Shown: positions 1-10,081, counted from the stretch's first letter. The stretch: 33,161 nucleotides of DNA from an uncultured cyanobacterium (GCA_963807635.1 CAWEDJ010000078.1:1-33161), one strand, 5' to 3'. The notes: generated by a model not told the origin, from the letters alone. Program-made: numbers and translations.

Positions 1-185
1 TTGATTATGGTATTCGTTATTTGAGGGGAATGATAACCAATCTTGATGAATTTTATTTGGGAAAACTTTTCTTTTTGATTTTCAGCTAAACATTCAATAA
101 GTCAACAATTTTTTACGGATAAAGTATTCATGTATAGCCATCCCAAATAGATTAAGAAAAAGTATTGTTAAATTGCACTTTTTCT

Positions 186-545
186 TTATGCTTGATTGAT
201 TTCAATAATATTTCTGTCAGGATCACGGGTGAACAATGCAGGACGAGACTCACTCATTTGCATAGGATAATTAAAGGATTGGAGGCGAATAATCGCTTGA
301 TTGAGATCGGTCACAGAAAAGGCGATATGGGGGTTGCGTCCCCATTTTTCTGAATTACTTAACTTGATTTGAAATTTTGGATCTACCATCAAATGAATTT
401 GGTAATTTCCGACTTGGTACCAAAGACCAGGATATTTTAAATTTCGTTCAATTTTTTCTAATCCGAGTACTTGGCTATAAAATTGTTCCGATTTGGTGAG
501 ATCGGTAATGAGAATCGCGGTATGTAAACATTGGGTAATATTCAT
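186..545 (-). CDS. VOC/glyoxalase-bleomycin resistance family protein
   Basis: Motifs LHTAILITDL..S..FY..VLGL, QIHL, PHIAF.V.DL and RDPD.N.IE. Start placed at MNITQ (545); the ORF track extends to 563. Confidence 0.85.
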   Translation of the reverse strand: MNITQCLHTAILITDLTKSEQFYSQVLGLEKIERNLKYPGLWYQVGNYQIHLMVDPKFQIKLSNSEKWGRNPHIAFSVTDLNQAIIRLQSFNYPMQMSESRPALFTRDPDRNIIEINQA

Positions 546-587
546 TTTAATCAGTTTATACAAAGTGTATTTATCTTGTTGGTTAAA

Positions 588-1294
588 TTATTTTTGGTTG
601 CGATACCAATGCGCTAAAATTTTGGGATCAATTTTTAAATAATAGCCTAAAATCATTCCCTGATTAATCAGAGTTGTTTTGAGGATGCCTAATTTTTGCC
701 ATCGCCGACTAGAGGTTAATACGGAAGCTTGGGAAATGTGGATTGTGCCTTGCTTTTTGAGTCGCTGAACAAATTCGTAGTCTTCCATAATCGGCAGGGG
801 GGCAAATCCTCCCATTTTCTTAAATATCAATGTTGTTAGGAATAGTCCCTGATCGCCATAGGGTAATGAAAAAAACGCGATCGCCAATTCACCAATTTTT
901 CTAACCATCGAAAAGAAATCTGAGGTGCGTCAATGGTCAGGGAAAAAGCCCCAGCGATCGCCTGGGGACGGGATAAGAGTTCTTCAATTTGCGCAAAATA
1001 ATCCGAGGGTAACTGACTATCTAGGTGCAAAAAACAGAGAATTTCCCCGATCGCGAGGGACGCTCCAAAGTTTAGTTGATTTGCCCGACCTTTAAGGAGT
1101 GAAATCACAATCTTGGGTTTAAATTTTAGTTGTATTTTTTCACATAAAGCAACGGTTTCATCCCCACTCTGACCGTCAACAATAATCACTTCTAAGTCAG
1201 GTCTTATGGGAATTTTTGAGAGATAGTCTTCGATAATTAAAGCTTCATTAAAAACAGGAATAATAAGGCTAACTTTGATAGAAGATGAATTCAA
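588..1294 (-). CDS. GT2 glycosyltransferase, TIGR04283-like, split by a frameshift at the A-run near 869-876
   Basis: N-half has SLIIPVFNEA, VIIVDGQSGD, GRANQLNFGA and LCFLHLDS. C-half has LPYGDQGLF, GGFAPLPIMEDYEFV and TSSRRW. ORFs 836..1294 and 588..908 overlap in different frames. Confidence 0.85.
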
Positions 1295-1314
1295 ATCAAT
1301 ACTCCGAATATTAC

Positions 1315-1339
1315 AAAAAAAGGTGAGAAAGCCTCACCC
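1315..1339 (-). terminator. Intrinsic terminator downstream of the YkvA-like gene
   Basis: Minus strand reads GGTGAG-GCTTT-CTCACC followed by T7. Confidence 0.7.
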
Positions 1340-1376
1340 AGAAATATTAATTAGACATAAAAGTTAAAATGATAAA

Positions 1377-1652
1377 TTAGTCTGGAGAGACAACTTCTAC
1401 AATGGGTTTAGCGGTTTGTTTTCCATCGGTTTTTAATTTGAGACGAGCTAAGACTAATTGAGAAATTTCACTGACTAATAACGTTGCTAACAGTCCATCA
1501 TCAATCCAACCAATAATTGGGAAAATATCGGGCAAAATATCAATGGGACTCCAAAGATAAGCTAATGTCCCCAGGACAATCCACCAACGATACTGGGGAT
1601 TGCGGATCATACTACGATACCAGCTATAAAGCGATTCTAACGAGAAATTCAT
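1377..1652 (-). CDS. YkvA/DUF1232 family small membrane protein
   Basis: LAYLWSPIDILPDIFPIIGWIDD motif. Confidence 0.85.
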   Translation of the reverse strand: MNFSLESLYSWYRSMIRNPQYRWWIVLGTLAYLWSPIDILPDIFPIIGWIDDGLLATLLVSEISQLVLARLKLKTDGKQTAKPIVEVVSPD

Positions 1653-1849
1653 GGTTGTTCTCCAAAGACTTACCTATTTGTTATCATGCCAAATTAACAA
1701 TCAGTTTGTTTAGTGTGGAAAACCTCAAATTTTGTCGTAAAAATTCGCCTGTCTTTTTCCTGAGCGTACTTTATGATCCTGAAATTGCCAAAATTGTGTC
1801 CAATTCCAGGTGGGGGGCGATCGCAAAAAATAAATAATTTATTACCCTG

Positions 1850-1879
1850 TTGTCAATTGAGACCGCATCGGTGTATGAT
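1850..1879 (+). promoter_or_regulatory. Probable sigma70-type promoter of tRNA-Pro
   Basis: TTGTCA (1850-1855), 18-nt spacer, TATGAT (1874-1879), ending 18 nt before the tRNA. Confidence 0.55.
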
Positions 1880-1897
1880 AAGACTCTTGTGAGTATT

Positions 1898-1971
1898 CGG
1901 GGCGTAGCGCAGCTTGGTAGCGCACCACTTTGGGGTAGTGGGGGTCGTGGGTTCGAATCCCGCCGCTCCGA
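1898..1971 (+). tRNA. trnP: tRNA-Pro(GGG), CCA not encoded
   Basis: Acceptor CGGGGCG/CGCTCCG+A, D-arm GCGC..GCGC, anticodon stem CCACT/AGTGG with loop TT-GGG-GT, T-loop GTTCGAATCC. Confidence 0.97.
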
Positions 1972-2170
1972 TTGAATACCAGACATATCTATCAAAGCCC
2001 AGTCTCTTGATCATTAAAGGATCTTGATGGTTGGGCTTAATTCTGACTATTCAGAGATTTTCAATTCTGATCGTCCTATCGTTTAACAACTTTGACAGCC
2101 TGTCTTTTGACGGGGTACTTCCTTTTTGTCTAAGCTGGGGAAATCCGTGATTAATAGGCAAAAATAATCG

Positions 2171-2515
2171 ATGAAAACCTCCCTAGAGCCAGAATCAGAA
2201 ACCTCTCAATGCTCAGAAAATGCTGCTGGTAAAACGTTTAAATGGCAAAACGCGAAACTGATTTCCTTTGGGATTACGCCAACGGGTTATATCTCGATCG
2301 GGATAGTACCGATGGGCGTGATTGCGATCGGGATAGTACCGATGGGGGTGATTTCTATTGGGACGGTGGCAATGGGGGCGATCGCGTCTGGATTTGTGTC
2401 AATGGGAATGCTTGCCTTTGGAGGAGTCAGTATGTCTTGGTTTAATGGTCATCAAGGACATCAACCAGTTGCTCCAATGACGACCCCCGAAAGTCCGCAA
2501 CATCATCAGCATTAA
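2171..2515 (+). CDS. Small hypothetical protein with hydrophobic Gly/Met decapeptide repeats and a His-rich C-terminus
   Basis: 114-aa ORF with AGGC upstream. Six 10-aa units (e.g. ISIGIVPMGV, IAIGIVPMGV). Tail HQGHQ...QHHQH. Confidence 0.7.
   Translation: MKTSLEPESETSQCSENAAGKTFKWQNAKLISFGITPTGYISIGIVPMGVIAIGIVPMGVISIGTVAMGAIASGFVSMGMLAFGGVSMSWFNGHQGHQPVAPMTTPESPQHHQH
2261..2440 (+). repeat. Intragenic 30-nt tandem repeat (about 6 degenerate units)
   Basis: Units at 2291-2320 and 2321-2350 share CGATCGGGATAGTACCGATGGG exactly; the flanking units are degenerate. Confidence 0.8.
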
Positions 2516-2762
2516 GTTTAGTTAAAAATAAAAACATAGAGAATCAGCTTATTTTTAGTTCAGTTTAAAGAAAGTTAATTTTTGTCCTGACTTATTAAGA
2601 ATTGATTAACTTGTTGGGAATATTAAATTATTTTTTAGAAAAACGGTGTAAACCGAAACTTCACGCATTCCTGCATTCCTCCTCAATGCTCGTACAAGCG
2701 CGAAAAGCTTCTATAATAATATTAATATTCCTATTTCAATTTGATTTTCTTCTAGGATAATA

Positions 2763-3830
2763 ATGGACTTACTTCCACAATCGAGCCTTGATCCCCAATT
2801 TGTAGAAGCCCTAAGCCAATTCTTAAAGCAATTGCCCGATCATCCTAATAGTCAACTCCTTCAGCGATCGCTCTCGGTTTTAATGTGGATGGCGAGTGAA
2901 GAAATTGATCGAGCCGATTGGAAAATCGTAACCGCCACCCTTCAGGATTTAGAAAAAGCATTTATTGCCTTTTATCCCCATCGCCACACTCGAAAAGTCA
3001 CTATTTTTGGTTCCGCCAGAATCCTGCCAGAAAGTGCTGAATATCAATTAGCGGTCAAATTTGCCCGTCGTCTCGCCGATTTGGGTTTTATGGTCTTAAC
3101 AGGTGCAGGGGGAGGCATCATGCAAGCAGGCAATGAAGGCGCGACGAAAGAACATTCCTTTGGTTTAAATATTGATTTACCCTTTGAAAATATTGCTAAT
3201 GAATTTATTGCTGATGATCCTAAATTAATTAATTTTAAATATTTTTTCACTCGTAAGCTTTTTTTCTTGAGAGAAAGTGATGCGATCGCCCTATTTCCAG
3301 GGGGATTTGGAACCCAGGACGAAGCCTTTGAGACCCTAACCCTTTGTCAAACAGGAAAATATGGCCCAGTTCCTTTAGTTTTAATTGATGAACCCGATGG
3401 GGATTATTGGAAAAATTGGCAATCCCATCTCAAAGAAAATTTATTGGAACAAGGATTAATTAGTGCCGATGATTTCAGCCTTTATACGATTACTAATAGT
3501 TTAGAAGAAGCCTGTGGTATCATTCAAAACTTCTATTGTGTTTACCATTCTTGCCGTCAAGTTAATGATAGCCTAGTGATGCGACTGAATTGGGAATTAG
3601 AAGATGATATTATCCAAAAATTTAATGAAGATTATCAAGATATTTTAATTTCAGGTAAAATCGAAAAAAGTCATGCTTTACCCCAGGAAAAAGGAGATTC
3701 GACTGAAGCTTTACCCCGTTTAATTTTTAAATTTAATCGTCAGCGATCGGGACGGTTATACCAATTAATTAATGAAATTAATCAGTATGGTACTTGCTTT
3801 GTGGTTGAAAAACATCCCGAATACAAGTAA
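2763..3830 (+). CDS. LOG family (Lonely Guy / lysine-decarboxylase-like) nucleotide phosphoribohydrolase, long form
   Basis: VTIFGSAR, TGAGGGIMQAGN, FKYFFTRK and PGGFGTQDE motifs. Confidence 0.9.
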   Translation: MDLLPQSSLDPQFVEALSQFLKQLPDHPNSQLLQRSLSVLMWMASEEIDRADWKIVTATLQDLEKAFIAFYPHRHTRKVTIFGSARILPESAEYQLAVKFARRLADLGFMVLTGAGGGIMQAGNEGATKEHSFGLNIDLPFENIANEFIADDPKLINFKYFFTRKLFFLRESDAIALFPGGFGTQDEAFETLTLCQTGKYGPVPLVLIDEPDGDYWKNWQSHLKENLLEQGLISADDFSLYTITNSLEEACGIIQNFYCVYHSCRQVNDSLVMRLNWELEDDIIQKFNEDYQDILISGKIEKSHALPQEKGDSTEALPRLIFKFNRQRSGRLYQLINEINQYGTCFVVEKHPEYK

Positions 3831-3905
3831 GATCGCTTTAATCTGATTACTATAAAGTTATTGAATAAAAATTGACTGACATTTAATGAATTTAACATTG
3901 TTTTT

Positions 3906-4759
3906 ATGCTACTAGCCTTACAATTCCAATCTCCAGGGCCAATTTTTTTGAATTGGGGCCAATCTCCTTACGGTGGTATGGTTTATTAATTGCAACTGCT
4001 GTTTTACTTGGTGTTAGTTTTTCCCAATTTCTCGCTAAACGTCGTCATTTTGATCCTGAATTAATTGCAGATTTCTGCCCTTTTGGTTAGTGGTTGCGGC
4101 CATTCCTTCAGCTCGGCTGTATTACGTCCTCTTTAATTGGTCAGAATATGCCCAAACGGCCAGAAGATATTATCGCTATTTGGAAAGGGGGAATTGCCAT
4201 TCATGGAGCAATTATTGGCGGAACGATCGCAACAACTCTATTTGCTCGTTTTCAAAAAGTTTCAGTCTGGCAACTTACCGATGTAATCGTTCCCTCTCTT
4301 GCCTTGGGTCAAGCCATTGGCCGTTGGGGAAACTTCTTTAATTCCGAAGCATTTGGAGACCCGACTAATTTACCTTGGAAACTGTATATTCCTCCCAATT
4401 TACGCCCAATCAACTATGTGAATTTTGAATATTTTCATCCAACTTTTTTATATGAATCTCTTTGGAATATCGGTGTCTTTAGTTTATTAGTGTGGTTATT
4501 TTTCTGGGGATTAAAACATCACAGTAAATTAAAATTAGGAACCTTAACTTTTACCTATTTAATTGCCTATAGTTTAGGAAGATTTTGGATTGAAGGATTA
4601 CGCACCGATAGTTTAATGTTAGGTTCACTCAAAATGGCCCAGGTCATTAGTTTAGTTTTAATTGTTTTAGGCAGTTTAGGCTTAGTTTGGCTTTACGGAT
4701 TAAGACGATCGCTGCCCGATGTTATTTCTCCTCAAAAATCTGTTGATCAAAATTATTAA
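3906..4759 (+). CDS. lgt: Prolipoprotein diacylglyceryl transferase, frameshifted in the 5' part
   Basis: N-terminus [14 protein letters not shown] followed by shifted LRWYGLLIA. Later [46 protein letters not shown] and [11 protein letters not shown] are spread over several frames. Confidence 0.93.
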
Positions 4760-4790
4760 TAGAAGTTAAATCATCCCAATGGTTAAAAAT

Positions 4791-7700
4791 TTAAGGTGAA
4801 CAGATTGGCAGTTTTTCCCGTTCCTGGGGATGGGTTTGCAAATAATCCCCTAACCACTGACAACCTTCTTTTAGCAGTCGCGTCAGTCGGGGTAACTCTG
4901 ATTCAACGGGCCATTCCCTCACCGTTCCCTCCCGATCCACTGTGATAATCGCTTGATTATTCGCCGTAAAAGCGAGAGCCATCAAGGGAGTTTCTTCTCC
5001 TTTGAACTCTCCCCGTAAATTTCCCTGAATATCCCATAAACGAATCGTTCCATCGCTAGAAGCGGTCGCTATCCATTTTTCATCGGAGCTAAAATTGACA
5101 TTTTGAACGGGAAAAGGATCGCCCTGCAAATTTTTGAGTAACTGCCCTTGATTATTCCACAATTTAGCGGTTCCATCTCTTGATGCGGTGAGTAAATAGT
5201 TTCCTGTGGGACTAAAAATAACTTGATAAACAGAGTCTTGATGTTCTTTTAATGTTGTTAGTAAATTGCCTTTTAAATCCCAAAGTTTAGCCGTTTTATC
5301 TTCGGATGCTGTGGCTAATTGGGATTGTTTAAGGTTAAAAGCAACGCCATAAACTCGATATTGAGAAACAGTGATGGTTAATAATCGAGTGGGCGGCATC
5401 TGACCGACTTTCCAAAGAGAAACTTTACCGCTTTTGGTTGCGATCGCGAGTAACTCACTATCCGCACTCCAGGCAAAATTATAAATACGTCCTGAGTCTT
5501 GAGAAAATTGTCCCAATAGTTTTCCTTGTAAATCCCAAATTTTAACGATTTTGCCTCCAGAAGTTGTCGCCAACCGTTGACCATCGGGACTAAAGCTGAG
5601 TTGGGTGATTCCTGCGGTGGTGATGGGAAATGTTTGCTGTAATTGCCCTTGAAAATTGATCAAACTCAACGGTTCATCTTCTGTCACCACCGCCAACAAG
5701 GAGCGAGCAGGATTAATCGCCACCCCCGTTAAACGAGCATTCAGGGATTGAAAACCTAACATGGGCTTGGGGGTCAAATCCCACAATTTCACCGTTCCAT
5801 CCTCAGAAGCAGTGGCAATGTGTCGCCCCGTCCTATCCACCGCAACTTTCAGAACGCTCTCCTGATGACCCCGTAACGTCTTTAATTCCAGACCTTGTAG
5901 GTTCCAAATTTTCGCCGTTCCATCGCTTGAACTAGAAATTAATCGTTGACCATCGGGACTAAAAACGACACTAGTTACTAATTCTTGATGTCCCTTTAAA
6001 GTGGTTAATAATTGACCCTGTAAATTCCATAATTTAATTGTTGTATCATCGGTGGCTACTGCAATTTTATCTCCTTTTGAACTAAAACTAACGCCAAAAA
6101 ATGCCGTTTTCCCATCTCCCCAAGTTCGCAATAATTGACCTTGTAAATTCCACAACTTAACCGTTCCATCCCGTGAAACCGTCACTAATTTTTTTCCATC
6201 GGGACTAAATTGCACGTCATCAATGGACTTTTGATGGCCTTTTAAAATAGCGATCGTTTTTCCTTGCAAATTCCAGAGACGCACGGTTTTATCCCGCGAA
6301 CTTGAGGCTAAATACTGACCATCAGGGCTAAAAGTTACTGAATAAACGGAGTCTTGATGTCCTTTGAAGGTACGAAGAACTTGACCTTGTAAATTCCAAA
6401 GCTTAATGGTCTGATCCTTAGAAGCCGTTGCAATTGTCTGACCATCAGGACTAAAACTAACACTATAAATATTACCTTTATGCCCGATAAATGTGGTTAA
6501 CAGTTTTCCCTGAATTGTCCAAAGTTTGGCAGTTTGATCATTGGAAACTGTGACTATTTTTTGGTTGTCAGGACTAAATGCAACCCCTGTTACCCCTTCT
6601 TTGTGACCTTGTAAATTATTTTTTTCTTGGATTTTATTGAGAATTTGTTGCAGGGATAAAAGGGGACTTGTGGCGGGATAATCTCGAAGAACATCTTCTT
6701 TTTTGACCATCTTTTTTAAATTTTGTCCTGCTTGCATAGCCGATAAAAGACCGTTAATTTCTTCAAAGGAAAATTGTCGTTCCGCACTGTCGGCAATTCG
6801 CTGTAATTCCGTTCCTCTACGGGCTTCTATTTGTTTTTGTGAAGCAATTCCCGCTAATCCAATGGCAATAATCGACCCCAAAATTGAAAAGAATAAAATT
6901 GCCGATCCAAAATAAATCCGACGTTGGGCTTTTTGGTTAGCGATTTGGAGAATAGAATTGTTTTTTTCCGCTTCTTGTTGTTCTAGATTTTGACTTGCAT
7001 TGAGAAATTTATAATCTGCATTACTTAAATTTTTATTAGCCGACCAATGGAGAGCATCTTTTAACGCTTGACCCCGCAATAACCGAGATTGATCTTCAAA
7101 GTTTGAAGTCTCCCAAGCTAGAATAGATTCAGAATAGGGACGAATTTTTTCGAGTTCTTTGTTGACCCAATCCAAACTAAAAACACTTTGATAAATACGG
7201 TTATAGGGGATTAATTTTCCGTCTCGTTTAACCACTAATCCTGATAGGCGTAATTCACTTTGTTCGGGACTATCATCCGTCGCAATAAATCCCATTTTAA
7301 GAATTTGTTGATAAAGTCCTAATAATCGTCCTATTTTCTGTTCATCCCGAAGTAGGCGATCGCGGATTGTTTTAAGGTGAACAGGTTCATCTTGGGATTC
7401 CCAAAAATGAATCATTTGATCTTGAATAACTTGCTCAACAATTTCCTTTTCTGTTCCTGTTGTAATATATTGATTTAATTGAAATAACAAATAACAAACT
7501 TTTTGGGTTAAAAAAGGCTGTCCTCCCGTCCAATTTAAAATTACCTGTAAAATTAGCTGGGGATTGTCAGCAATTTTAGCTAAACCAACGGCTAAAGGTT
7601 GAATTTCAGTTGATCTAAAACCTGTTAACTCAATGGCTTGACCAATATTAAAAGGTGTTTGGGTTTTTTCGCGAATTAAATCCGAAGGAGTCGCAACCCC

Positions 7701-8255
7701 GAATAAAGCAAAACAAAGGCGATCATAACGGTTATCTTCGGCACGTTGATTATAACAAAAACGAATCAGAGAAAAGAAATCATCTAGAGAGAATTTTAAA
7801 CTTAAAACTTTATCAATTTCATCAATAAAAATAAAAACTTTTTGTCCTTTGGTATGAACTAAAATAATTTCTTCAATAAATTGACTTAATTTTTGGACGG
7901 GAGAAATATTTTCCCTTTCTCGTAACCAAATTTTTAAATTCACTTTGCCCGCTAACGAAAAACCCAAAAATAATTGGGTCATAATACCGTTATACCACTG
8001 GGTTTGATCGAGATCACTTCCTAAACTGGTGATATCAATGGAAGCACAATCCATTCCCTGCGCTTGCAAGTGGTGAATGGCTTGTACCCGTAAGCTGGAT
8101 TTCCCCATTTGCCGACAGTTAAAAACATAACAAAATTTACCATTTTCTAAAGTGGTTAAGAGTTCTTTATCGGCTTTTCGGATAACATAGGTCGGATGAT
8201 TAAAAGCTAAACTACCACCGACTTTATAGATTAATGAATTTGCTTGATCTAACAT
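4791..8255 (-). CDS. AAA_35 (STAND-like) NTPase with a TM helix and about 14 WD40 repeats (Hat-like architecture)
   Basis: YKVGGSL..TYV.R.AD, Walker A-like RQMGKSSL, Walker B IFIDEID, WTGGQPFLTQK, hydrophobic segment IYFGSAILFFSILGSIIAIGLAGI, then repeated GH...V..V.FSPDG..IATAS.D.T.KLW. Confidence 0.92.
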   Translation of the reverse strand: MLDQANSLIYKVGGSLAFNHPTYVIRKADKELLTTLENGKFCYVFNCRQMGKSSLRVQAIHHLQAQGMDCASIDITSLGSDLDQTQWYNGIMTQLFLGFSLAGKVNLKIWLRERENISPVQKLSQFIEEIILVHTKGQKVFIFIDEIDKVLSLKFSLDDFFSLIRFCYNQRAEDNRYDRLCFALFGVATPSDLIREKTQTPFNIGQAIELTGFRSTEIQPLAVGLAKIADNPQLILQVILNWTGGQPFLTQKVCYLLFQLNQYITTGTEKEIVEQVIQDQMIHFWESQDEPVHLKTIRDRLLRDEQKIGRLLGLYQQILKMGFIATDDSPEQSELRLSGLVVKRDGKLIPYNRIYQSVFSLDWVNKELEKIRPYSESILAWETSNFEDQSRLLRGQALKDALHWSANKNLSNADYKFLNASQNLEQQEAEKNNSILQIANQKAQRRIYFGSAILFFSILGSIIAIGLAGIASQKQIEARRGTELQRIADSAERQFSFEEINGLLSAMQAGQNLKKMVKKEDVLRDYPATSPLLSLQQILNKIQEKNNLQGHKEGVTGVAFSPDNQKIVTVSNDQTAKLWTIQGKLLTTFIGHKGNIYSVSFSPDGQTIATASKDQTIKLWNLQGQVLRTFKGHQDSVYSVTFSPDGQYLASSSRDKTVRLWNLQGKTIAILKGHQKSIDDVQFSPDGKKLVTVSRDGTVKLWNLQGQLLRTWGDGKTAFFGVSFSSKGDKIAVATDDTTIKLWNLQGQLLTTLKGHQELVTSVVFSPDGQRLISSSSDGTAKIWNLQGLELKTLRGHQESVLKVAVDRTGRHIATASEDGTVKLWDLTPKPMLGFQSLNARLTGVAINPARSLLAVVTEDEPLSLINFQGQLQQTFPITTAGITQLSFSPDGQRLATTSGGKIVKIWDLQGKLLGQFSQDSGRIYNFAWSADSELLAIATKSGKVSLWKVGQMPPTRLLTITVSQYRVYGVAFNLKQSQLATASEDKTAKLWDLKGNLLTTLKEHQDSVYQVIFSPTGNYLLTASRDGTAKLWNNQGQLLKNLQGDPFPVQNVNFSSDEKWIATASSDGTIRLWDIQGNLRGEFKGEETPLMALAFTANNQAIITVDREGTVREWPVESELPRLTRLLKEGCQWLGDYLQTHPQEREKLPICSP

Positions 8256-8272
8256 TTTATCTGTAGTTTTTC

Positions 8273-8968
8273 TTAATCTTTAAAAAGTTTTAGAAAATCT
8301 TTCAGTCCATCTAAAACTGAGTGTTCAAAATCAAAAATATAACTTTTTTCTTTTAATACATAGTCAAATGCACTCATAGCACATTTCCTACCTGCTTGTT
8401 TAGACTCTTGCGGTGAACAAGTATCATAGCGAATATAATTACTGATCCAAAATTTATCAAAATCTTTATCTGAAATATTTTTCGCCTGTTCTTTTACACA
8501 ACTTCGCCAACTTTTTAAACAATCAGCATAATCTGAATCTTGAGTTTTAATAGCTTTAAGAACTGTCTCTAGTTCGCCTTGTCCATCAACATTAGTAAAA
8601 TAACATCCTAACTGAACAGAAATTTTATCCCTATTTGTAGCTGTAATTAATTTATTAAAGCTATCAAGAGAAGTGGATGTTTCAAACACTTCATTTATAC
8701 AACTATTGATGAATTCAAATCTTTTTTGTCGAGTTAAGTTATCCTGATCGATAATAATTCCAATTTTTTGGATATCATTTTTAAGCAAACTGGCAGATAA
8801 ACTTTTGAGAGAATTAGTGACTGACTTTTCACTTAATCCTTCTAAGCATTCATAATCATCAATACAAATTGGTTTGTCTATTTCAATATTATTAAAATTA
8901 AGGGTTTGAATAAGTTTTTCAATAAAAATCTTATCGTTTTTACTTTCGACAATTAATCTATTGGTCAT
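8273..8968 (-). CDS. DUF3226-like protein with TOPRIM-like acidic motifs
   Basis: N-terminal LIVESKND, GIIIDQD (DxD) and GELETVL. Starts 3 nt after the ATPase stop. Confidence 0.75.
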   Translation of the reverse strand: MTNRLIVESKNDKIFIEKLIQTLNFNNIEIDKPICIDDYECLEGLSEKSVTNSLKSLSASLLKNDIQKIGIIIDQDNLTRQKRFEFINSCINEVFETSTSLDSFNKLITATNRDKISVQLGCYFTNVDGQGELETVLKAIKTQDSDYADCLKSWRSCVKEQAKNISDKDFDKFWISNYIRYDTCSPQESKQAGRKCAMSAFDYVLKEKSYIFDFEHSVLDGLKDFLKLFKD

Positions 8969-8971
8969 TGT

Positions 8972-10066
8972 TTATTCTCCTCTTATGGCTTTGCCGTGTT
9001 CAAGATCATATTCTAAGAGGTCTATATCCCGATTAATGGCAACAATATTATCGGTTCTTGGACTATAGGCTAATTCAAAATAGGCTCCTTGATCGGGGAA
9101 ATTTTTTCCTGCTTCTGTAAAGGCTTTAATCATTTCTAAGCTATGGGTTGTTGCAAAAATAAGGGTATCTAATTCTTCAGAAAGACGAAATAGTCCTTCC
9201 CAAAAACTTTTTTGGCTAGTATAATGAATTCCATTTTCTATTTCATCTATAAACAAGACTTTATGTTTCTTATCAAGAATTTCTAAAATAATTGCAGTTA
9301 CTCGATAGACAGCATCTCCAAATAAAGAAATTGGTAAGCCCTTAGACTGAGTTTTTGTCCGTATATACAAAGTTGGCTCTACAAAAGAATATGTGCGAAG
9401 TCCTTCAATTGAAGGATCAAGAATTTTAAGTATCTTTAAAACTTCTGGGCCTTTCCCATTGTAATCAATTTTGTCATATTGCTTTGCTATTTTAGTGCCG
9501 TAATTAGAACCTGAAGGGAAAAAGGGTATACGACTACTCCAATAATCTCTTATATTAGTCCGAAGTAGTTCTGTCCCTGTAATCTTGGCATTCAAATTAC
9601 GTTTGATGGGCTTCTCTTCGTTTAAAATCTTTTCTATTTCAAGACTTGCAATAGGAGAATTGAAATTGTTTTCAAAACCTTCATCTTCGTGTTTAAAACT
9701 TTCATCTTTGTTTTCAAATGCTTGATGTTGCAAAGAATAAGATACAGATACATTAATTACTTGATCTCCAATATTTTCAAAATAACCTTCAATGGATACA
9801 TAATTTTCTATATTTTCATTATAAAAAAATGAGTTCCAAGCATCTTTAGTATTTTTTCTAATACTGTTAGAAGACTCTTTTCTGATATTTTTTAATGCAA
9901 GAATACTTTGAGGAATTGGATAAAAATAAAGTAATAGTGCTTCTAGTAATGAAGTTTTGCCTGCATTATTTTTACCACCAATTAAATTAACTCTTTTAAA
10001 GCCATTGACTTCTAGCTCTTTAAAGCAACGAAAATTTTGAATTTTTATATACTGGGATTGATTCAT
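8972..10066 (-). CDS. ABC-type ATPase, AAA_15/AAA_21 family
   Basis: IKIQNFRCF, Walker A GKNNAGKTS, degenerate signature LFGDA, Walker B LFIDEIENGIH, H-loop ATTHS. AAGGA precedes the ATG at 10066; alternative start 10081. Confidence 0.88.
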   Translation of the reverse strand: MNQSQYIKIQNFRCFKELEVNGFKRVNLIGGKNNAGKTSLLEALLLYFYPIPQSILALKNIRKESSNSIRKNTKDAWNSFFYNENIENYVSIEGYFENIGDQVINVSVSYSLQHQAFENKDESFKHEDEGFENNFNSPIASLEIEKILNEEKPIKRNLNAKITGTELLRTNIRDYWSSRIPFFPSGSNYGTKIAKQYDKIDYNGKGPEVLKILKILDPSIEGLRTYSFVEPTLYIRTKTQSKGLPISLFGDAVYRVTAIILEILDKKHKVLFIDEIENGIHYTSQKSFWEGLFRLSEELDTLIFATTHSLEMIKAFTEAGKNFPDQGAYFELAYSPRTDNIVAINRDIDLLEYDLEHGKAIRGE

Positions 10067-10081
10067 TTTTATCCTTATCAT

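Noticed and set aside
1771..1995. 74-aa minus-strand ORF
   Set aside because: It is the antisense shadow of tRNA-Pro.
2291..2350. 30-nt repeats as a mini CRISPR array
   Set aside because: The units are directly adjacent, in frame and coding, with no spacers and no cas genes.
1898..2515. tRNA-Pro as an island integration site
   Set aside because: No integrase and no duplicated tRNA 3' end were seen in the window.
4950..6620. Recurrent GACCATCGGGACTAAA-like DNA motifs
   Set aside because: They are explained by WD40 repeat coding (FSPDG), not by a nucleotide-level array.
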